A stretch of DNA of 64,000 nucleotides, from positions 74,586,001 to 74,650,000 of the forward strand of contig OZ024740.1 in the NCBI GenBank assembly GCA_964016885.1, read 5' to 3'. Below are positions 60,001 through 64,000 of this stretch, one piece after another. The notes below the pieces were generated by a model. The model did not search any database and was not told the origin of the DNA. It saw nothing but the letters and a program-made list of their open reading frames with translations. This DNA is from Eledone cirrhosa. Lineage: Eukaryota. Both the position numbers and the translations under genes were made by a program. Positions within the stretch are counted from its first letter, which is position 1. Each line of letters begins with the position of its first letter.

Positions 60001-60058
60001 CTATAATGGCAACAACATCAGCAAGCATGTGTTTCTTTGAAACTTTTTCTAGGGCGGC
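60001..60058 (-). CDS. NDUFS2: NDUFS2 penultimate exon (AALEKVSKKHMLADVVAII)
   Basis: TTTTTTCAG acceptor, GTGAGG donor, 58 nt, phase 0 to 1. Confidence 0.95.
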
Positions 60059-62631
60059 CTGAAAAAAGATTTTTTTTAAATGGTAAAAATAATGGAAAAT
60101 ATTCTGATGTTCAATAAATTAATTATTTTTTTAAAAACTCTTTAATTACCATATTTATAATAAAAGATAATGCCTATATTTTCAAATAATTTTGAAAATA
60201 ATCAAGAATTTGGTGAGAATTAGTAATATAACTAACTTTCTCATTATTAAGCTTGGAAAATAACAAAGGTTCTCATAAATTTATGATAGAAGTTTTTATT
60301 TTTTAAAAATAAAACATAAATACTAAAATAAACAGTTGTATCATCAAACCAGAGGTGGTTTAATATCAGGAGGGTTAACACTAGAAATACCAATAGTTTT
60401 GTCTGACTTTAATAATAAAATAATAATTCATAACTGCAATACTGAAACTATATTTATTTTATATCAATTATAATATTGTTTACAACCATATCATGTTAAA
60501 ACCACCAGCTCTTGTCCAATCACTCAAGGTAAGTAACACTGAGCTGCGTTAATACTTAGAAAGGTAACTGCTTGGGGAAACTTAGGTGCTGTAAATATCA
60601 TTAATTTAATATGGAAGCAGCATGGCTGAATGGTAAAGCTGTTTGCTTCACAAGCATGAGGATCTATGTTCATTCCCATCGTATGACATCTTGGGGAAGT
60701 GTCTTTTACCATAGAATTGAGGGAACCCATGCTTCGTGAGTGAAATTGAGTGGTGGGAACTATGTGGAGGTTAGTCAGATGTTACACAAAGGACCTGCCT
60801 TGTCACATACTGAGAATTACATTAAGGGTACATCTGCTTGTCGAATACTCAGCTCCTTAACCCTTTAGCATTCACATTACTCTATATATACTATTGTATT
60901 TTTGTAGTAAACACATTATCTCACATAATATCAAATCTATGAGACTTTGATATTATTTATTTTGAGAACAATACCTTAACATCAGTATAAGCAGCCAGAT
61001 TCAACTGATTTGAACAGAAAGAGGTGAGACATTTCTGGCCAGATACGGCGGTTTAAATGCTAATTTAATGAGTAGACTGTTCCATTGCTTGAACAACTGG
61101 AGAAGGTCCATTTATTTTTAATATTTTTTTTATTAATATGTTATCAGATAAGTTTCATTTGTTTTATTTAAATGCAAAAATACCACAATTAAAGGTGGGG
61201 TTTATCCATCTTGATTTTGGTGGATTATCAGTCCAATCCTCTGGATCTGATGTTTCCATACTATGTGCAAGCATGGAAAATGGACGTTAAATGGTAGTGG
61301 TGATGATGATGATGATGATCCACCCTACGATTCCATTATCACACATATTCTACTATCTTCAATGACCTTTGACTGTTATGAAGCACCAAATAACTCTATA
61401 CATTCCAATGTAGATAACAGAACTTTCAAAAATTTGATGAATCACTAAACATCAGTTATTCTTGTCATTCTATTATGTGACTAGGAAGAAATGAATAACA
61501 GGTGGGAGACAACATGCCTTCCTGAGAAGATGGGTGCTGAAAGATTTGTTGGACCTAGAGTTGACTTGAAGCTCAGGGGCATACATACAATTAGCTACAG
61601 ATGGCAGGCAATGTGCCTTCCTGTAGAGATAGGTGTCAGAAGATATGTTGGAACTCAAGGGCCTACAACTAGCTGTAAAGGAATGAAAACACTTTAAGAA
61701 AACCGTTAGGCTGCTGAAAAAAGGGAGAAAGAAAATTGTGCATTTAATACACTGAGTAGCATCCATCAAATAAGATAAAGAATTGAGGTTTACAAAAATA
61801 TTCTACTCAACTAATTTTGTCACTTGTATCAGTGGGTGGCCCCAGGTAGCTTTGCTGTTGCAGTAAAAGAGGCTGAAACAAGTGGAGCTACTTCACCATC
61901 TGATGAGGCATTAACTCCAAGTACAGCAGTACCCTCAGCAAGTAAGTTTCCCCAAGCACACCATATCAGTTGCTAATATCCCTTTAAATACATATCCTAT
62001 CATTTAAATAACCTTTCCTCAACTTCTACAGTTGTATATATTAAGTGCAATAATCTCTAATCTCTTTTATCATATTTACCTATCTAATTTGGAAGTTACA
62101 GTGAATTGACAGAGTTAATAGTGCATCAGACAAAATGCCTAGCTGTATTTGTTCCAGCTCTCTTTATTTTATCAACCTCTTCCAGGGTTGATAAAATAAA
62201 GTACCAATCCATGGTAGCTGATTGGTGGAATTGTTAGAGCATCAAATGAGATCTCTTACAGTATTTGTCTTGGCTCTTTGAGTTTTGTGTTCAAATCTTG
62301 TTGCAGCCACCTTTAATAGAATTAATATGTAACCTAGTTTAACACCATAACATAGTCCTTAGGTGCATCTAGTCAAATCCAACCTGTTGCAAGCATTCAG
62401 ACTGGGCCTCGGGTTTGAGGACACCTTCCTATGTCCTACCAATCTCAGACACTCTAAAAGGGTCATGGGCAATGCTTTTCTCTCCTTTCCTGATTAAACA
62501 GTGAAAAAAAAAAAAGCTCTGAGCACAGTTCTTTCCCCTTGAAAACAAAAAGAATCCCAGAAAATAATGAAATGATGTATTAGAAAGAGATAATATAAAG
62601 ATAAAGTAACACATTTATTCTAAATACTTAC

Positions 62632-62715
62632 TAAGTGGGCAAATCCTGGAGCCTTAATCTTACATCTATAAGGTTTGTTGGTACCATCTGATACAAGGTA
62701 AACTCCAAATTCACC
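62632..62715 (-). CDS. NDUFS2: NADH:ubiquinone oxidoreductase 49 kDa subunit exon ([28 protein letters not shown]); upstream exons off the window
   Basis: Not in the ORF track; read manually. AG/GTAAGT boundaries, 84 nt; highly conserved NDUFS2 peptide. Confidence 0.95.
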
Positions 62716-62847
62716 CTATAGAATAAAAAGAAAAATGAAACTAAGTAATGAAGTAAATTTCAAACAGCTTAAGGGTCTTCACCCTATTTTATAAGCTATC
62801 TTTATAGCATTACTGCACTTGAGCCATTCTTTATACTTATATATATA

Positions 62848-63707
62848 CAGGGTGTGGACGATATGTGTTTGCAAGATTACTGTCTAGGAAAAAATAACAC
62901 AGTAGTTTTATTTTTTAAGATTTATTTATCAAACTTGGGTCAGTTTGTCTTCATGACTTGTTCTTTCGATCTCACTCGATAAACCCGCCATTGGCTTTGA
63001 TGACGACCTCGGAACCGGCTACAGGCCTTCGTCACTGTCCCCCGACTTAGGCCCCTAAAGGCATTTGTGATCCTGGCCTTTAGATCGTCTTTCGTATTGC
63101 AGCTAGATCTGTTGGTGTCTCGTTCCACTGCGCCGCCCCACACAAAGAAGTCGAGGGGGTTGCAGTCAGGTGAAGTGTGGTCGACGAAGTTCTCTGACAG
63201 CCAGGCTTGGGTCTTTCGGCTGGTATGGCAGGGTGCTGAGTCTTGCTGCCACGCGTACGGCCTAGCTGCAGCTACCTGGTCGATCCAGAGCCTTACAACC
63301 TCGCTCAGAACGCGGATGTAGCCATCAGTGTTCAGCTTGAGGCCCTCAGGGAAGAAGTGAGGTGGCATGACGTCACCTTGACTGCTGATGACACCTAAGA
63401 CCAATGTTGTCGCTGGAAACTTTGTCTGCATGACTCTGGGCATGTCTTTGGATGAGACAGCGAGCCACCTGTTGTTCTGGGAGTTGATCTTCTGGTCATA
63501 TTTGTCCTCCCGGCACGGATTCCAAGAAGAACTCTGAGTCTCTTCCATAAATTTGGAGGTCCAAAATTATTAATAATCAATTATTCTGAAAATAAATAAT
63601 GGAAATATAGTCACTGTTTTTATGAAGACAAGAGTGACAACGGAAGTAAAAAAAATTTGCATAAAATTAGCAGTTGAAAATTGCGAAGAAATATCGTCCG
63701 CACCCTG
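62848..63707 (-). mobile_element. Tc1/mariner (DD37D/maT-type) DNA transposon, internally deleted
   Basis: ~27-bp TIRs CAGGGTG(T/C)GGACGATAT at both ends, flanked by TA within (TA)n. Transposase remnant GVISSQGDVMPPHFF...WQQDSAPCH...SPDCNPLD. Confidence 0.92.
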
Positions 63708-63724
63708 TATATATATGTATATAT

Positions 63725-64000
63725 ATCATCATCATTTTACATCCGCTCTTCCCTGCTTGTAAGGGTGAGATGGGTCTTATTCAGCACAGCATCTCTCCAC
63801 TCGTCACGGTCCTTCGTCATCTCCACCGTGAGCTTCAACAATCTGAGGTCTGTTCTCACCACCTCCGCCCATGTTTTTCGTGGTCTACCTCTACCACGTC
63901 TTCCTTCAACTGGCATTTCCTGGCACTTCTTCACCCATCGGTCATCCTCCATGCGCATCACATGTCCATACCACCTCAGTCTCCTCTCCCGTACACTACA
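63725..64000 (-). mobile_element. RTE LINE 3' end in an NDUFS2 intron
   Basis: MRMEDDRWVKKCQEMPVEGRRGRGRPRKTW...DRDEWR; (CAT)n tail. Confidence 0.88.

Overview
AT-rich, repeat-dense animal genomic DNA. The SINE and RTE repertoire looks like that of an octopus (coleoid cephalopod); this assignment is an inference. Three protein-coding genes lie on the minus strand. (1) The 5' half of a proprotein convertase most similar to PCSK7: nine phase-consistent coding exons at 234-9695, with the rest off the left edge. (2) An intronless COMMD5 at 50068-50775. (3) The last three exons of NDUFS2 at 59315-62715, with the rest off the right edge. The remainder is mostly transposon-derived: RTE LINEs with a Cys/His finger inside the RT, Rex3/Expander-like RTE pieces, a GC-rich CRE-like RLE retrotransposon with an N-terminal PHD finger, a deleted DD37D (maT) Tc1/mariner, MITEs, non-autonomous Helitrons, tRNA-derived SINEs, solo LTRs and a Gypsy relic. 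The most striking feature the ORF track does not explain is a 3.1-kb (TA)n-embedded block at 29.07-32.2 kb. It has no recognisable ORF and carries at least four hammerhead-ribozyme folds, including a U3-A8 variant type I hammerhead present in both arms of a ~390-bp inverted repeat. Other items worth a look are a splice acceptor followed by three stacked donors (35.84 kb) and an open RT reading frame directly behind the NDUFS2 poly(A) site. All structures were derived by eye; no folding or database search was run.
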